A stretch of DNA of 64,000 nucleotides, from contig CAVSHT010000013.1 in assembly GCA_963727895.1 (NCBI GenBank), positions 32,001-96,000 of the forward strand, given 5' to 3'. Shown piece after piece: positions 10,371 through 21,371 of this stretch. Both the position numbers and the translations under genes were made by a program. This stretch comes from an uncultured Methanosarcinaceae archaeon (lineage in GTDB: Archaea; Halobacteriota; Methanosarcinia; Methanosarcinales; Methanosarcinaceae). The notes beneath the pieces are model-generated. The model searched no databases and was not told the origin of the DNA. It saw only the letters and a program-made list of their open reading frames with translations. Numbering within the stretch: position 1 is the first letter of the stretch; the number at the start of each line of letters is the position of its first letter.

Positions 10371-11593
10371 CTCTTAATTACTCCTACTCCAATGAGCCGC
10401 CAACGAGAATCAATTCTCCTACTTATAGCAACCCTTGATCCTACAGTTGCGCTAATCGGACGTTTAAGGGCTACCTGAGCTTCGTTTTTTCTGGCACTTG
10501 TGACCACTCCTACTGTGGTTGCAGTCCCTATATTAAGCATAAGAGGTTCACTGGTTTTGATTTCATTGATTTTTTCTTCCCTTGTAACTCCCACTACCCT
10601 CTCGAGAAGATGAAGTTCCATAACGAACTGATGTCTGGTTTCAGGAAGGGTACCGGGCGCACCTGCAATTTGTCCTGTTAAAGAGTCACCTTTTGTCAGT
10701 GTAGGATCAAGATAAGTTCCAACAGCCAGAAGGCCTCCAGGAGTTGCTTCTTCTACTTTTGTCGCTCCTGCAAAGATAGATGAAACTGTTGTTATAATTG
10801 GAATCCATCTTGTAGTGCCTTCGGTTGTAACCTTGATTCCAGGCCTTATTTCCAGTTCATCTCCAGGATGAAGGACTCCTTCAGTCAGGGTACCTCCTAT
10901 AACTCCTCCACGAATCTCTTCTATTGAAGCTCCTGGCTTATTAATGTCAAAAGAACGTGCAATTAACATGCTGGCAGGCTTATCTACCTTGTGGACTGGA
11001 GTTGGAATCATGGTTTCTAAAGCATCGATAAGTATATCGATGTTAATATTCTGCTGAGCTGAGATCGGAATTATAGGTGCATTTTCTGCGACCGTGCCTT
11101 TAACAAACTCTTTTATCTGGTGATAATTCTCTATAATGCGCTCTTTAGGTACAAGATCTATCTTATTTTGTACTATTACAATATTCTTTATCCCTATAAT
11201 ATCCAGGGCCATGAGATGTTCTTTTGTCTGAGGCTGTGGGCAGTCTTCGTTTGCAGCAATTACCAGCACTGCACCGTCCATAATTGCAGCGCCTGAAAGC
11301 ATAGTTGCCATCAAAGTTTCATGTCCCGGAGCATCCACAAAGGATACTGTCCTGTATTCTTCAGTTTTTTCTCCACAATTCGGGCAGGTTTTTTCTACAG
11401 TATAACATTGGGGAGCAGGGCATTTAGGGCACTTCATGAACATGGAGTCTGCATACCCCAACCTTATTGAAATCCCTCTTTTTACTTCCTCACTATGTGT
11501 ATCTGTCCACACACCTGACAAAGCTTTGACAAGTGTAGTTTTTCCATGGTCGACATGGCCTACCATGCCGATATTAACACAAGGCTGACTCAA
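10367..11593 (-). CDS. eif2g: Translation initiation factor 2 gamma subunit
   Basis: [18 protein letters not shown] and a zinc knuckle; probable TTG start at 11593 (ORF open to 11662). Confidence 0.96.
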   Translation of the reverse strand: MSQPCVNIGMVGHVDHGKTTLVKALSGVWTDTHSEEVKRGISIRLGYADSMFMKCPKCPAPQCYTVEKTCPNCGEKTEEYRTVSFVDAPGHETLMATMLSGAAIMDGAVLVIAANEDCPQPQTKEHLMALDIIGIKNIVIVQNKIDLVPKERIIENYHQIKEFVKGTVAENAPIIPISAQQNINIDILIDALETMIPTPVHKVDKPASMLIARSFDINKPGASIEEIRGGVIGGTLTEGVLHPGDELEIRPGIKVTTEGTTRWIPIITTVSSIFAGATKVEEATPGGLLAVGTYLDPTLTKGDSLTGQIAGAPGTLPETRHQFVMELHLLERVVGVTREEKINEIKTSEPLMLNIGTATTVGVVTSARKNEAQVALKRPISATVGSRVAISRRIDSRWRLIGVGVIKS

Positions 11594-11940
11594 GTTGTAA
11601 TTTCCTCCAGTAAAGTGAAATGATCTTATATAAGACAGGTCTTTATCAGAAAGCTGAACCACAAAAATTTTGAAATATTTTTTCCAGTGGATCCGCAGAT
11701 TTCAACTCTGAGCTTATCTGATATCTAATTTGAAATCTAATTTATAATTAAAGTGAGATTATACAAGCCGAAATTCTTTCCCGACCCATTACATATCCCA
11801 AATCTCCACACAGGAAGTCATGGCAAGATCTGTTATTACATTTTTTCATTGTTAATTTAACTTGCATATTTAATCTATACTTTAAAGTTTACGATATCCT
11901 GTATATTCATATCTACTAATGCCGGAAAGCCTTAATAAAT

Positions 11941-13104
11941 TTATGTGACGATTTCATCAAGCTTTTCCATCTCAAGAGCACGTCTGATCTCAAAGGCCAA
12001 CCTTCTTCCAGTACTCATTGGTCTTCTCCAAAGCGAATTCCCATATGAATGCCCTACTGACATATGCACATTGGTGCCGCCGCCGACTCTCGGAGCCACG
12101 TCATAGATATATAAGTTAAGATCCTTATCCACACAGGTTTGCAGGCAGAAAGGTCCTATAATTCCCGGAGCATAATACTCTTGGGTAGCTTTTACATATT
12201 TTTCTCCCATTGCAAACACTTTTTCAAGAAGGGATTCACGTAGAGTTGCGGAGTTATGTCCACAAACCGTGTATTCAGGAGTTAGCTGGCTTTCGGCCAG
12301 ATTTATTTGCTGGGAAGCAGGAAGCCTTACATGTCCATCAAGGCTGGTTTCAAAGCGCCAGTCAATTCCAAGAAGTTCCAGTTTACTCATTTTCGGTTCG
12401 ATTGGGGAGTAAAACATATCAAGGTTAAACACAGGACCTATTATATAACGTTCTATCCTTGCATTTTCAAGAGCTTCCTGTGTGATAACTCCCTGTTTTA
12501 TAAGAGCTTCGGATTTTTCCAGATATTCTTTGTAGCTTGAAGCAGTAAAGAATCCCCTTTCAAGTTTTTTTACTGCATGTGGGAGTTTAACCATAACAAG
12601 CTCATTGATATCTTTTGGAGACTCTATTTTCTCCGGGAAAGGAAGTCCTGCTTTTTCCAAAATCCAGTAATAACTTTGCTGCTCACTGCGTTCCTCACTT
12701 CTGAGAAGGTTTCTGCTTCCTACCATAGGCACTCTGAAGTTTTCTTCGATCTCACCTATACTACAGTAGGAAGTAAAGGAACGATTAGGGATAAAAAGCA
12801 CATTTTCATCAACCAGTTTCTGCTGGTTTTCAGGCAGGAGAATTTCGTTATACTTTTTGAAAACAACAGTCTCATCAACAATGCCTCTCTTTACGTTTCC
12901 ATAAGGATCTCTCTGAGCTCTGAAGTATTCACTGTATGTTTTATCTCTGCCAGCCTGGCAGACAGCAAAAGTCTTGAATTTCTCTTCAATTGCCCCATCG
13001 CAGATGTCAAGGCCTGAGTGAGAGGCTATAGTTCCAATTTTTATCTTATCAGCATGTGCATAATAGCCTTCCACAATTTCTTTAATCTCTTTCCTGTCAA
13101 TCAT
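11941..13104 (-). CDS. purP: PurP-family formate--AICAR ligase (ATP-grasp)
   Basis: IASHS, IPNRSF, ERGFF, IIGPFCLQ and APRVGGGTN. Confidence 0.88.
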   Translation of the reverse strand: MIDRKEIKEIVEGYYAHADKIKIGTIASHSGLDICDGAIEEKFKTFAVCQAGRDKTYSEYFRAQRDPYGNVKRGIVDETVVFKKYNEILLPENQQKLVDENVLFIPNRSFTSYCSIGEIEENFRVPMVGSRNLLRSEERSEQQSYYWILEKAGLPFPEKIESPKDINELVMVKLPHAVKKLERGFFTASSYKEYLEKSEALIKQGVITQEALENARIERYIIGPVFNLDMFYSPIEPKMSKLELLGIDWRFETSLDGHVRLPASQQINLAESQLTPEYTVCGHNSATLRESLLEKVFAMGEKYVKATQEYYAPGIIGPFCLQTCVDKDLNLYIYDVAPRVGGGTNVHMSVGHSYGNSLWRRPMSTGRRLAFEIRRALEMEKLDEIVT

Positions 13105-13385
13105 ATCTGATATTCCTTGCTTTGAAGATAATACATTTCAATAACATGATAATAAGTATGTTTTTTCAAACCTGCTACTAGAAGAAGATCATTCAAAGTA
13201 CAGGTATGTGGTTATTTACAATATGTTATAAACTAGAATTCCTGATAGGTTTTCCCCATTAACGACTTTACCTATTAAAACCCTTTCTTATCTCATTTAT
13301 ATAATGAGAGTCATGCCAGAAAAAATGTCTGAATTTTTTCCGGTGTTTTTAGATTTTTGAGTTTTCCTTCAGGTTTAAATATTTT

Positions 13386-14120
13386 TTAAATTAAACTCAA
13401 AAGAAAAGGTGTAATATATGTCTCAATAATGGCTGCAATCAGGAGAATAGGAAGGATCCAGTGAAAATAAAACGTTAGTCCCTCTTTAAATTCTTGTTTG
13501 ATATGGGTAGATTTACCTATAAGCGCAGAAAATACCTGGTGTCCTAGTCGAAGTCCTATACTTGAAGCCAAGAAGACCATAGGTAGTTCCAGTATTCCAT
13601 GAGGAAGAAGGCCAAGAATAATGAAGAGCAGACCTTTTTGTTGGGCTACAAGATAAGCTATTACTCCAACAACGTATCCATTAAAGGCTATAAATAGTAC
13701 TGGAAGAATCCCTAGAGCTAGTCCTAGAACCAGAAAGAGAAGACTTACAAAGGAATTATTAAGAAATATAGCAAGCATCATGTAAAAATGGTTCATTGCT
13801 AGAATTGACTCAAAACGGGAACTGAGACTTTCCCTGAGGGTTTCAGCCATCGAAGGGAGATGTGCAGCTGAAATATAACCTGTAACTAATGATCCAAAAA
13901 ATACAAAGGTTATGAAAAGCAAATACGGCGATAAAACGCGTACATATTCTTTAAACTCTTTTTTTGGATTTTTTTCATATTCCCAGGCTTCAGAATCGCT
14001 TTTATTAAGGGAGAATTCCTCCATTACAGCATATCCATTATTTTCTGTCTCCCCTGTAGAAGTTTTTTCTTGTGATACTGTTTTTCTTTCTTCTAAATCA
14101 TAGTCTTTCTCTGTTTCCAT
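13386..14120 (-). CDS. Stage II sporulation protein M / DUF95 membrane protein
   Basis: IFLNN, NG, LPHGILELP and AAIIETY motifs. Confidence 0.88.
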   Translation of the reverse strand: METEKDYDLEERKTVSQEKTSTGETENNGYAVMEEFSLNKSDSEAWEYEKNPKKEFKEYVRVLSPYLLFITFVFFGSLVTGYISAAHLPSMAETLRESLSSRFESILAMNHFYMMLAIFLNNSFVSLLFLVLGLALGILPVLFIAFNGYVVGVIAYLVAQQKGLLFIILGLLPHGILELPMVFLASSIGLRLGHQVFSALIGKSTHIKQEFKEGLTFYFHWILPILLIAAIIETYITPFLLSLI

Positions 14121-14218
14121 ACCTTATCCCCACAAATAGTTCTCTTTTTATTAAAGTTCGATCAAAATGTGCAAGCTTGCAAATTAGACAAATATACAAG
14201 CTATTAAATACCTTTATC

Positions 14219-15076
14219 TTATATTCCCAACGTCATACGTATCGTATTCCTTGTTGCAGGAGAGAGCCCGAGGATCAAAATGACCATTTTGATTAACATT
14301 TTCAAATTCAAGGAACTTTCGTCATCTTCAAACTGGGTGTCAAGCATGTAAAGAACCCCTATGAAGATAATAAGCTTTAATGGATACATAACCAGTGCGG
14401 TTCCAGTAAGGTTGATAAGATAGGTGGGCACAACATGCTTTTCAAAGTACCCAAGTTTATCTACTCCTATATATGTTGAAGAAGCATCCATCAGATGAGC
14501 CATAAGAATAGAAAGATTCAGGGGATCAGTGAATATACTGGATTTTAAATGACGGGCAATCAGATAAAAGATAAAAGTCAGCCCTGTTCCTGTTACAATT
14601 ACGAATATAGGTACAAATGGGGACACTACTTTTTGGAAATGCAGCAGGATGCCAAGGTTTATAAAAAACCATATCATTCCAAAGCCTGCAAAGGCGAAAT
14701 GGAAATTCTTTACCATCCCTGCTTTCTGCAGTTTTATGGAAATCCATAGACAACCTACGGTTATCACAAAAACCAGAAAGTAGATATTTGGAGTTATAAG
14801 AAGATAACTGGCTGGTGGATGAAGTATATCAACGGGCGAATCTTCAATTACGCGCAGAGAAGATCCTGCAAGCACAAAAGGGAGGACAGATACAATAAAG
14901 CGAGGGTTAATTTTTACTTTAAGTTTTTCTAGCAACTTGAGAACCCCAAATATGCAAATTCCCAGTATCACTGCCCAGGTAAAAGTATTTACGGGATTAT
15001 ACCCTTCATCACCTCTTATGGGGTCAAGATAATAGGTATTAATAAATTGTGATATTGTATCCATTGAAAAACTCAT
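14219..15076 (-). CDS. DUF63 family membrane protein
   Basis: GYNPVNT, LRVIED, AHLMDASST, YFEKHV and LGLSPATRN. Confidence 0.88.
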   Translation of the reverse strand: MSFSMDTISQFINTYYLDPIRGDEGYNPVNTFTWAVILGICIFGVLKLLEKLKVKINPRFIVSVLPFVLAGSSLRVIEDSPVDILHPPASYLLITPNIYFLVFVITVGCLWISIKLQKAGMVKNFHFAFAGFGMIWFFINLGILLHFQKVVSPFVPIFVIVTGTGLTFIFYLIARHLKSSIFTDPLNLSILMAHLMDASSTYIGVDKLGYFEKHVVPTYLINLTGTALVMYPLKLIIFIGVLYMLDTQFEDDESSLNLKMLIKMVILILGLSPATRNTIRMTLGI

Positions 15077-15267
15077 CTTATCACTCGTTCAAAATGGTAA
15101 TGTCCTAATATCATTAATACTTACTAAATATACAACGAACTTGGTCTTTTAATCAATGAGGTAAATCATTCTTATCCGGCGCGCGATGTTCGTTCTAATG
15201 GTAGATATTTCTTTCCGAGAAGTTCTATCCCAATAAGGATTAGTAATATTATAAATATTAATCTCCA

Positions 15268-15346
<79 letters not shown>

Positions 15347-15714
15347 ATTGTCTGTAAACTCTTAATATTGTATTTATAGATACTTTACTAATAAAGTATG
15401 AAATCTACAAAGGCACAACAAATATATGAAAAATCTGTGGTGACATAAACACAGATAAACTGTATGTTCATATAAATGATCTTAAATAGGTTCTGAATAA
15501 CAGGATTATAAATTGTTGTATCTTACTTAAGATATACTTAAAATATGTTCTATACTGAATTTATAAATATTCAGTTATTGAGTTAAGTTAGCAATTTAAT
15601 TATGTACCTAATATGCTGTAGTCTGCTAATAATCTAAAACTTGTGACTTGGTACATGTAGTCGGATTTATAAGAGCCAATTTACTATCTATCTTGATTGA
15701 ATAATGATGCAGGT

Positions 15715-16785
15715 ATGAAATTGACCATTAACAAAAACAGCGCAAAATGGATGCAACTTCCTAGAGATGTGCTTCTTGGACATGGAGTGCTTGAGGAACT
15801 TGGAGATGTTTGTAGGGATCTGAAGCTCAAAGGAAATGCGCTGATAGTAACCGGAAATACTACAAGGAATATTGCAGGCAAGAGGGTCAGTAACCTGCTT
15901 GAAAGTGCGGGAAGTAATACGGAAACGGTCCTAACATGCAAAGCTACTATGGAAGAGGTCGAAAAGGTTATAGAAAAATCCCTTGAAATAGAAGCGAATT
16001 TTCTATTGGGAGTTGGAAGCGGCAGGTCTATTGACCTGGCAAAACTTGCTTCAACCAAACTTGAACTTCCTTTTATTAGCGTGCCAACTGCAGCTTCTCA
16101 TGATGGAATTGCATCGTCTCGCGCTTCAATTGTGGATAATGGAAGAAGTAAGTCTGCACAGGCTCAGGCTCCGATTGCCGTTATTGCAGACACAGAGATT
16201 ATTTCAGCAGCTCCTTTCCGTTTTCTTGCAGCTGGCTGTGGAGACATAGTTGCCAATTACACGGCAGTACTGGACTGGGAATTTGCAAGCAGACTCAAGA
16301 ATGAATATTTTGGGGCATATGCTGCAGCTATCTCCCGCATGGCTGCGAGGGTTATTATAGATTGTGCAGATTCGATCAAGCCTGATCATGAAACTTCGGC
16401 AAGGCTTGTGGTAAAGGCTCTTGTATCAAACGGAGTTGCGATGAGTATCGCAGGTTCTTCGAGACCTGCTTCAGGCTCGGAACATATGTTCAGTCATGCT
16501 CTTGACAGGATAGCTCCAAACCCTGCACTTCACGGAGAACAGTGTGGAGTTGGCACAATTATGATGATGTATCTTCACGGGGGCAACTGGCAGGAAATTA
16601 GGAATGCATTAAAGAAGATAGGAGCTCCCGTAACCGCCAAAGAACTTGGTATAGAAGATAAGTATATAATTGAAGCACTGCTACAAGCACACAGTATTCG
16701 CCCGGAGCGTTATACCATTCTTGGTAGCGGCCTTACTCCTTCTGCTGCTGAAAGAGTCGCAAGAATCACAAAGGTCATAAGTTGA
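15715..16785 (+). CDS. egsA: sn-glycerol-1-phosphate dehydrogenase
   Basis: [24 protein letters not shown] and LHGEQCG. Confidence 0.95.
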   Translation: MKLTINKNSAKWMQLPRDVLLGHGVLEELGDVCRDLKLKGNALIVTGNTTRNIAGKRVSNLLESAGSNTETVLTCKATMEEVEKVIEKSLEIEANFLLGVGSGRSIDLAKLASTKLELPFISVPTAASHDGIASSRASIVDNGRSKSAQAQAPIAVIADTEIISAAPFRFLAAGCGDIVANYTAVLDWEFASRLKNEYFGAYAAAISRMAARVIIDCADSIKPDHETSARLVVKALVSNGVAMSIAGSSRPASGSEHMFSHALDRIAPNPALHGEQCGVGTIMMMYLHGGNWQEIRNALKKIGAPVTAKELGIEDKYIIEALLQAHSIRPERYTILGSGLTPSAAERVARITKVIS

Positions 16786-17083
16786 AAAGTTGTTTGTATT
16801 TAGACTAAAATTAAGATTCAGTGTCTGTTCAAGAAGCTTGAGTGTAACGCTAGGATTCTATTCATAAATCCTGCAGTTCAGTTAATAGGAATTAGGTTTT
16901 ATTTGATGCTGCTTAATTTCTAACTGTGCAATCACTTAATTTCCAATGAACCTAATTACTTAATTTCCAATTTGATTATTATTCAAACTTGATTGATCTC
17001 GAATTTCAAGCCACCTCGAGATAAATTCCAGATATATGAGAAACTGGGTATAGGCCCAAAAATAATTAAATGGAAGAGTTATT

Positions 17084-17533
17084 ATGACAGAGAGCGATAC
17101 TAAAATAACACTTATCGGATCACGGCTTGCAAGGGAAGGGTTGGAGTTCATATTTAAAGGTGAGATGCCTGAATGCAAAAAATGCCGGCTGAAAAACACC
17201 TGTCTTAACCTTGAACCCGGACGCAGGTATAGAGTCGAGAGAATAAGGAGCAAAGATATCCACGAATGTTTCTTACATGATAGTGGTGTACTTGCTGTCG
17301 ATGTGAGTAAGGCTCCTATTCTGACAACAATAGAATCAAGAAAAGCCATAGACGGGGCAAAGGTTATGTATGAACCTCCAAAATGCGGCAAAAGAGAATG
17401 CGAGGTCTACGAGATCTGTCACCCTGAAGGGCTTTTGAAAGGTGATAAATGCAAAATTGTACAGGTTCTCGAAAGTCTTGATTCCAGATGCGAATCCAAT
17501 TATTCACTGAAAAAGGTGAAATTATCCTGGTGA
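17084..17533 (+). CDS. UPF0179 family protein
   Basis: ITLIGSRLA, CKKCRLKNTC, NLEPGRRY and HEC; commonly found next to egsA. Confidence 0.85.
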   Translation: MTESDTKITLIGSRLAREGLEFIFKGEMPECKKCRLKNTCLNLEPGRRYRVERIRSKDIHECFLHDSGVLAVDVSKAPILTTIESRKAIDGAKVMYEPPKCGKRECEVYEICHPEGLLKGDKCKIVQVLESLDSRCESNYSLKKVKLSW

Positions 17534-17607
17534 ATGTAAACGAACACATTTTAGTAATAGGAAGATTGATTATCAATTAATAATAAAGGTTATAAGCGGT
17601 GTTATAA

Positions 17608-18243
17608 GTGCCTGAACAGGAAATGAACCAGGTCCCCCCCTATGAATTTTATACCCCAAAGCGCTGGGAAAACTGGCTAGGAAGGGCAAGAGAGAGCGGT
17701 TTTCAGATCAAAGAGTCAGAAGAGGAATCTGAAAAGGAAAGTGCCATATTCGTAAATATGGTTGATGACATCATTCTTGCCTGCCTGAAAGTAACTGCAC
17801 GCTTTGATAAGGGTATGTTATCCAGAGAAAAAGCTCTGGAGATCCTGGCTGAGATTCGGGATATTGTGCTTGCTGAGGTCGAGCCAATTTCCGAAGATAT
17901 TGATCTTATGATCGATTCTGTCCAGACTTCCCTTATGGGGGCCCTTGTCGCCTTTGAATCCTATATTCTCGGTGACTATGATGAAGAAGCTGATATTGTA
18001 GAGCTTGCAAAATCAGCTATTGAGGCTGAGTCCTCGGATGATCTTGAGCTTGCTCTTGATTATACTGCACAATGTGGTGCACTTGTACTGAAAGGAAAAA
18101 GCTTGCCTGAAGATCTGATGGCTGATCTTCCCTACGGTATTGTCGCAGAATGGCTTGACGGAATCGACTCCATCTCGGCTGCAATGGTAGGAAGTGACAG
18201 TTACAAAGAATTTGATGAAGGCGATGACGAGGATAGCGCTTGA
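17608..18243 (+). CDS. DUF2150 family protein
   Basis: FYTPKRWENW N-terminus, acidic composition, EWLDGIDSI. Confidence 0.8.
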   Translation: MPEQEMNQVPPYEFYTPKRWENWLGRARESGFQIKESEEESEKESAIFVNMVDDIILACLKVTARFDKGMLSREKALEILAEIRDIVLAEVEPISEDIDLMIDSVQTSLMGALVAFESYILGDYDEEADIVELAKSAIEAESSDDLELALDYTAQCGALVLKGKSLPEDLMADLPYGIVAEWLDGIDSISAAMVGSDSYKEFDEGDDEDSA

Positions 18244-18726
18244 GAAATTTCCATGTAAGCAAAGGTTTCCCTTTCCTTTTTTCAGGAAGGAGGAAGTCCT
18301 TTGAATTCTTATATGAAATTAACTTTTTAATAAATAGAACTTAACACCTTAAGTGTTAAATCAAGTACAATAAACATTACCTTTAACTCTACAACTTAGG
18401 CAATTAAAAGTTTAGCACTATTTTTTTGTTTCAGCCGAATAATTTCGAAACAAACTTAAGTTTGTATGTAGTTTTGATCAAATAAGTCTAGATTTAGTAT
18501 CAGAAAGTAGGTAGTTTTTTAGTTTTAGTTTCTTAATAATCATCTAAACTAAGTATTCTATTAGAAAACTGAATCTTAGTTCAAAAATGAATTATAGATT
18601 AAACATCATTGAAATGAGTTTTTATATAAAAAAGTTAATATAAAATTGTTCATTTTACTCAGGTTTTAACAGAATCTTTTTTATTCAAGGTTTATTAAAC
18701 TCGTTTTCGTTCCAAAGTTCTAGGCA

Positions 18727-19914
18727 TCAACTGACTTTTCCTACTATAGATTCATGTTTTTCAATTGCTTTTTTGTATACTTCTAGAGTTTTTTCAGCTA
18801 TTATTTTCCAGTTATACCGCTTTTTAAGAAGATCGTAACCTTTTTCTCCCATTCTGTTATGATCAAGCCCTTCAAGAACGTAATTGAGTCCCCAGGCTAT
18901 AGAAGATGGATCTTTATAAGCAATAACGCCTGTCCTAAAATTTTCCACAAGAGCAACTGCATCGCTCGCAACTACAGGCTTTTTTGCATCCCAGGCTTCA
19001 AGCACCACAATTCCAAAGGGTTCGTTCCGGCTGGGCACACATACAAGATCGCAGGCGTTAAACCAGTCTATCACAGTATCATCCGGGGCATAACCAAGAA
19101 AGTTGCATGAGTTCCCTATTCCTAGTCTGTGAGCCTGATTCTCACACTTAGAACGCATCTCCCCCTCACCTATAAGCACAAACTGAGCATTTCTCCTTTT
19201 CAGGACTTTCGCTGCAGCTTCCACCAGTAAGTCAGGTCCTTTCTGATAAGACATTCTCCCTGTAAAAAGCACCACTGGAAGACATGGATGAATCCCATAG
19301 TGCTTTTTCACATTTCCAGGATCTATATGTCTTTTTATTTTTCCCACGTTTATGCCGTTAGGGATTTCCCATAGCTTGTAGTCAGGAATTTTGTAGATAT
19401 GCTTTATTTCTTCTTTTAATATTGTCGAGGTTATGATAATATCCGAAGATTCATAGCCTCCGAGCCACTCTCTATGTGAAATTTCCTTTGCCTCCCACCA
19501 ATCTCCATGACGGTTTCCATTACGCCCCCATTCACTACTGTGGAAAGTTAGTACAAAAGGCAATCCAAACTGGGCTTTTATTCTGCAAAGAACATTTACA
19601 GGGTGCCAGTCATGGCCATGTAGAACGTCAAATTCGCCTGCGCTTTCTCTCATTTCAAGGAACCGGCAATACATCGCATCACACATCCGGTTCATCTGTT
19701 CTATAATTCCCCCATTTTGATCACAGGCAATCTTATGATAATGGACCCCGTTTATTATTTCATTTTTATCTTCGTGGTCTCGTGTAAACAGGTGAACTTC
19801 ATGTCCCTCTGCTGCAAGAGCGTCAGAGAGTTCAGATACATGGGGTGCAATCCCTCCTACACGTATCGAATATAAACTTTCCCAGGTAAACATTCCTATT
19901 CTGATCTTTTTCAT
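18727..19914 (-). CDS. GT4-family glycosyltransferase (glycogen synthase-like)
   Basis: VGGIAPHV, HGHDWH, IPNG, GRMSYQKG and EPFGIVVLEA. Confidence 0.92.
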   Translation of the reverse strand: MKKIRIGMFTWESLYSIRVGGIAPHVSELSDALAAEGHEVHLFTRDHEDKNEIINGVHYHKIACDQNGGIIEQMNRMCDAMYCRFLEMRESAGEFDVLHGHDWHPVNVLCRIKAQFGLPFVLTFHSSEWGRNGNRHGDWWEAKEISHREWLGGYESSDIIITSTILKEEIKHIYKIPDYKLWEIPNGINVGKIKRHIDPGNVKKHYGIHPCLPVVLFTGRMSYQKGPDLLVEAAAKVLKRRNAQFVLIGEGEMRSKCENQAHRLGIGNSCNFLGYAPDDTVIDWFNACDLVCVPSRNEPFGIVVLEAWDAKKPVVASDAVALVENFRTGVIAYKDPSSIAWGLNYVLEGLDHNRMGEKGYDLLKKRYNWKIIAEKTLEVYKKAIEKHESIVGKVS

Positions 19915-20314
19915 AGGCTCACATATCCCTTTTGTTAAATGGGAGTTAAGGGAATAATTAAGAATTTACAGGCTCCCCTTTGCCTTATATTCTTATATCC
20001 TTTGTTTGCTAAATTCAGTTAATATCAAATTAGTGTTAATTACAATATATTGAACTTAGTTCTTCTCAATTAATTCTACGTCTTTTAATTTTTCAATTGA
20101 CTACAATAGATAAAAGGAACATACTTCAATCTCAATAATATGAATATGTTTTTCGCATTAAGAACACAGTTCTCTACTTCCTTACTTCATTCTTTTTTAA
20201 TTGTAGATAAACATATCTGTAACTCTTTCTTAATATTTTTGACTATATATTCTAAGAGTTTTTTCACTTTTTTATTTTAATTAGAACTTTTCAGCTTCTC
20301 TTTTATTAAATACC

Positions 20315-21319
20315 TTATTCTTCGGGCTTAAGGTCTCCCCGCAAATAAGAAGCTGCCCTTTCAGGAGAAACCGTATTGATATAAGTTCCTGTATTCAATT
20401 CAAAACCCGCATTAATGGAAATTCTCGGGATCAAACGAATGTTCAGGTGATATTCAGGATTTTCTGAGAGCTGGTAAAACATATAATTAAAGGATGGATT
20501 TCCAAGAATTCTTCCATATCTTTTGAGAAGTTCTTTCAAAATTTTCCCTAGAGCAAAAAGCATGTCATCACCGCATTCTCTAAGATAACTGATGTGTTTT
20601 TTAGGAAGAATCCATACTTCAAATGGTTCCATTGAGAAATAAGGAGTAAAGGCTATCCATTCTTTGTTTTCAAGTATCAGACGAGGGGATACTTTTTCGA
20701 TATCAAATATCGCACAGTAGGGGCATTTTTCTTTTTTTCGGATAACCTTCAATTCTCTTTCTAGAATGGAAGGACAAAACGGTAAGGCAAGAAGCTGGCT
20801 GTGAGAGTGGTTAATTGAAGCCCCTGCTTTTTTCCCTGTATTTTTGAATAAGGAAACATAACGTATCTGTTCACGTTTAGTATAGCTGCATGTTCGGTCT
20901 CTATAGACTTGCATTAGTTGTGAGATTTCATCATCGGAAAAATCCTCAAGTTTTCTCCCATGCAGAGGCGACTCTACAATAACCTCATGAAAACCATATC
21001 CGGGCTCTACTTGAAGGTCATTTTTCTGCTGCTTTAGTAATTCTGGAGAAGGCGAAAGGGCAGGATAAAGATTTGGAAAGCAGCGGAAATTCCAGTTGCG
21101 TACCCTTTTCTTAGGATTATCGGAATAGATTTTCTCATCTTTATACACTGCAGTCGCAAGAGGAGTATTTTCTTCAGCTCCCCCACAGAAAAAGCAACTT
21201 TCATAATCATTTTTCCTGATGTTTTCATCTGTATCTACAAAATCCGATGGCCTTTTAGATCTTTCTTCAGCAATTATACAGTATTCGGATAGAAAATAAT
21301 GCTTTCTTATTTCTGACAT
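20315..21319 (-). CDS. galT: GalT-like nucleotidyltransferase (HIT superfamily)
   Basis: RSKRP, CFFCGG, FPNLYPAL, GFHEVIVESP and GASINHSHSQ. Confidence 0.88.
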   Translation of the reverse strand: MSEIRKHYFLSEYCIIAEERSKRPSDFVDTDENIRKNDYESCFFCGGAEENTPLATAVYKDEKIYSDNPKKRVRNWNFRCFPNLYPALSPSPELLKQQKNDLQVEPGYGFHEVIVESPLHGRKLEDFSDDEISQLMQVYRDRTCSYTKREQIRYVSLFKNTGKKAGASINHSHSQLLALPFCPSILERELKVIRKKEKCPYCAIFDIEKVSPRLILENKEWIAFTPYFSMEPFEVWILPKKHISYLRECGDDMLFALGKILKELLKRYGRILGNPSFNYMFYQLSENPEYHLNIRLIPRISINAGFELNTGTYINTVSPERAASYLRGDLKPEE

Positions 21320-21371
21320 TTCAGGAAAACCTCATCATATCTTTATTCGTTTTTCCTGATATTAATTCTCT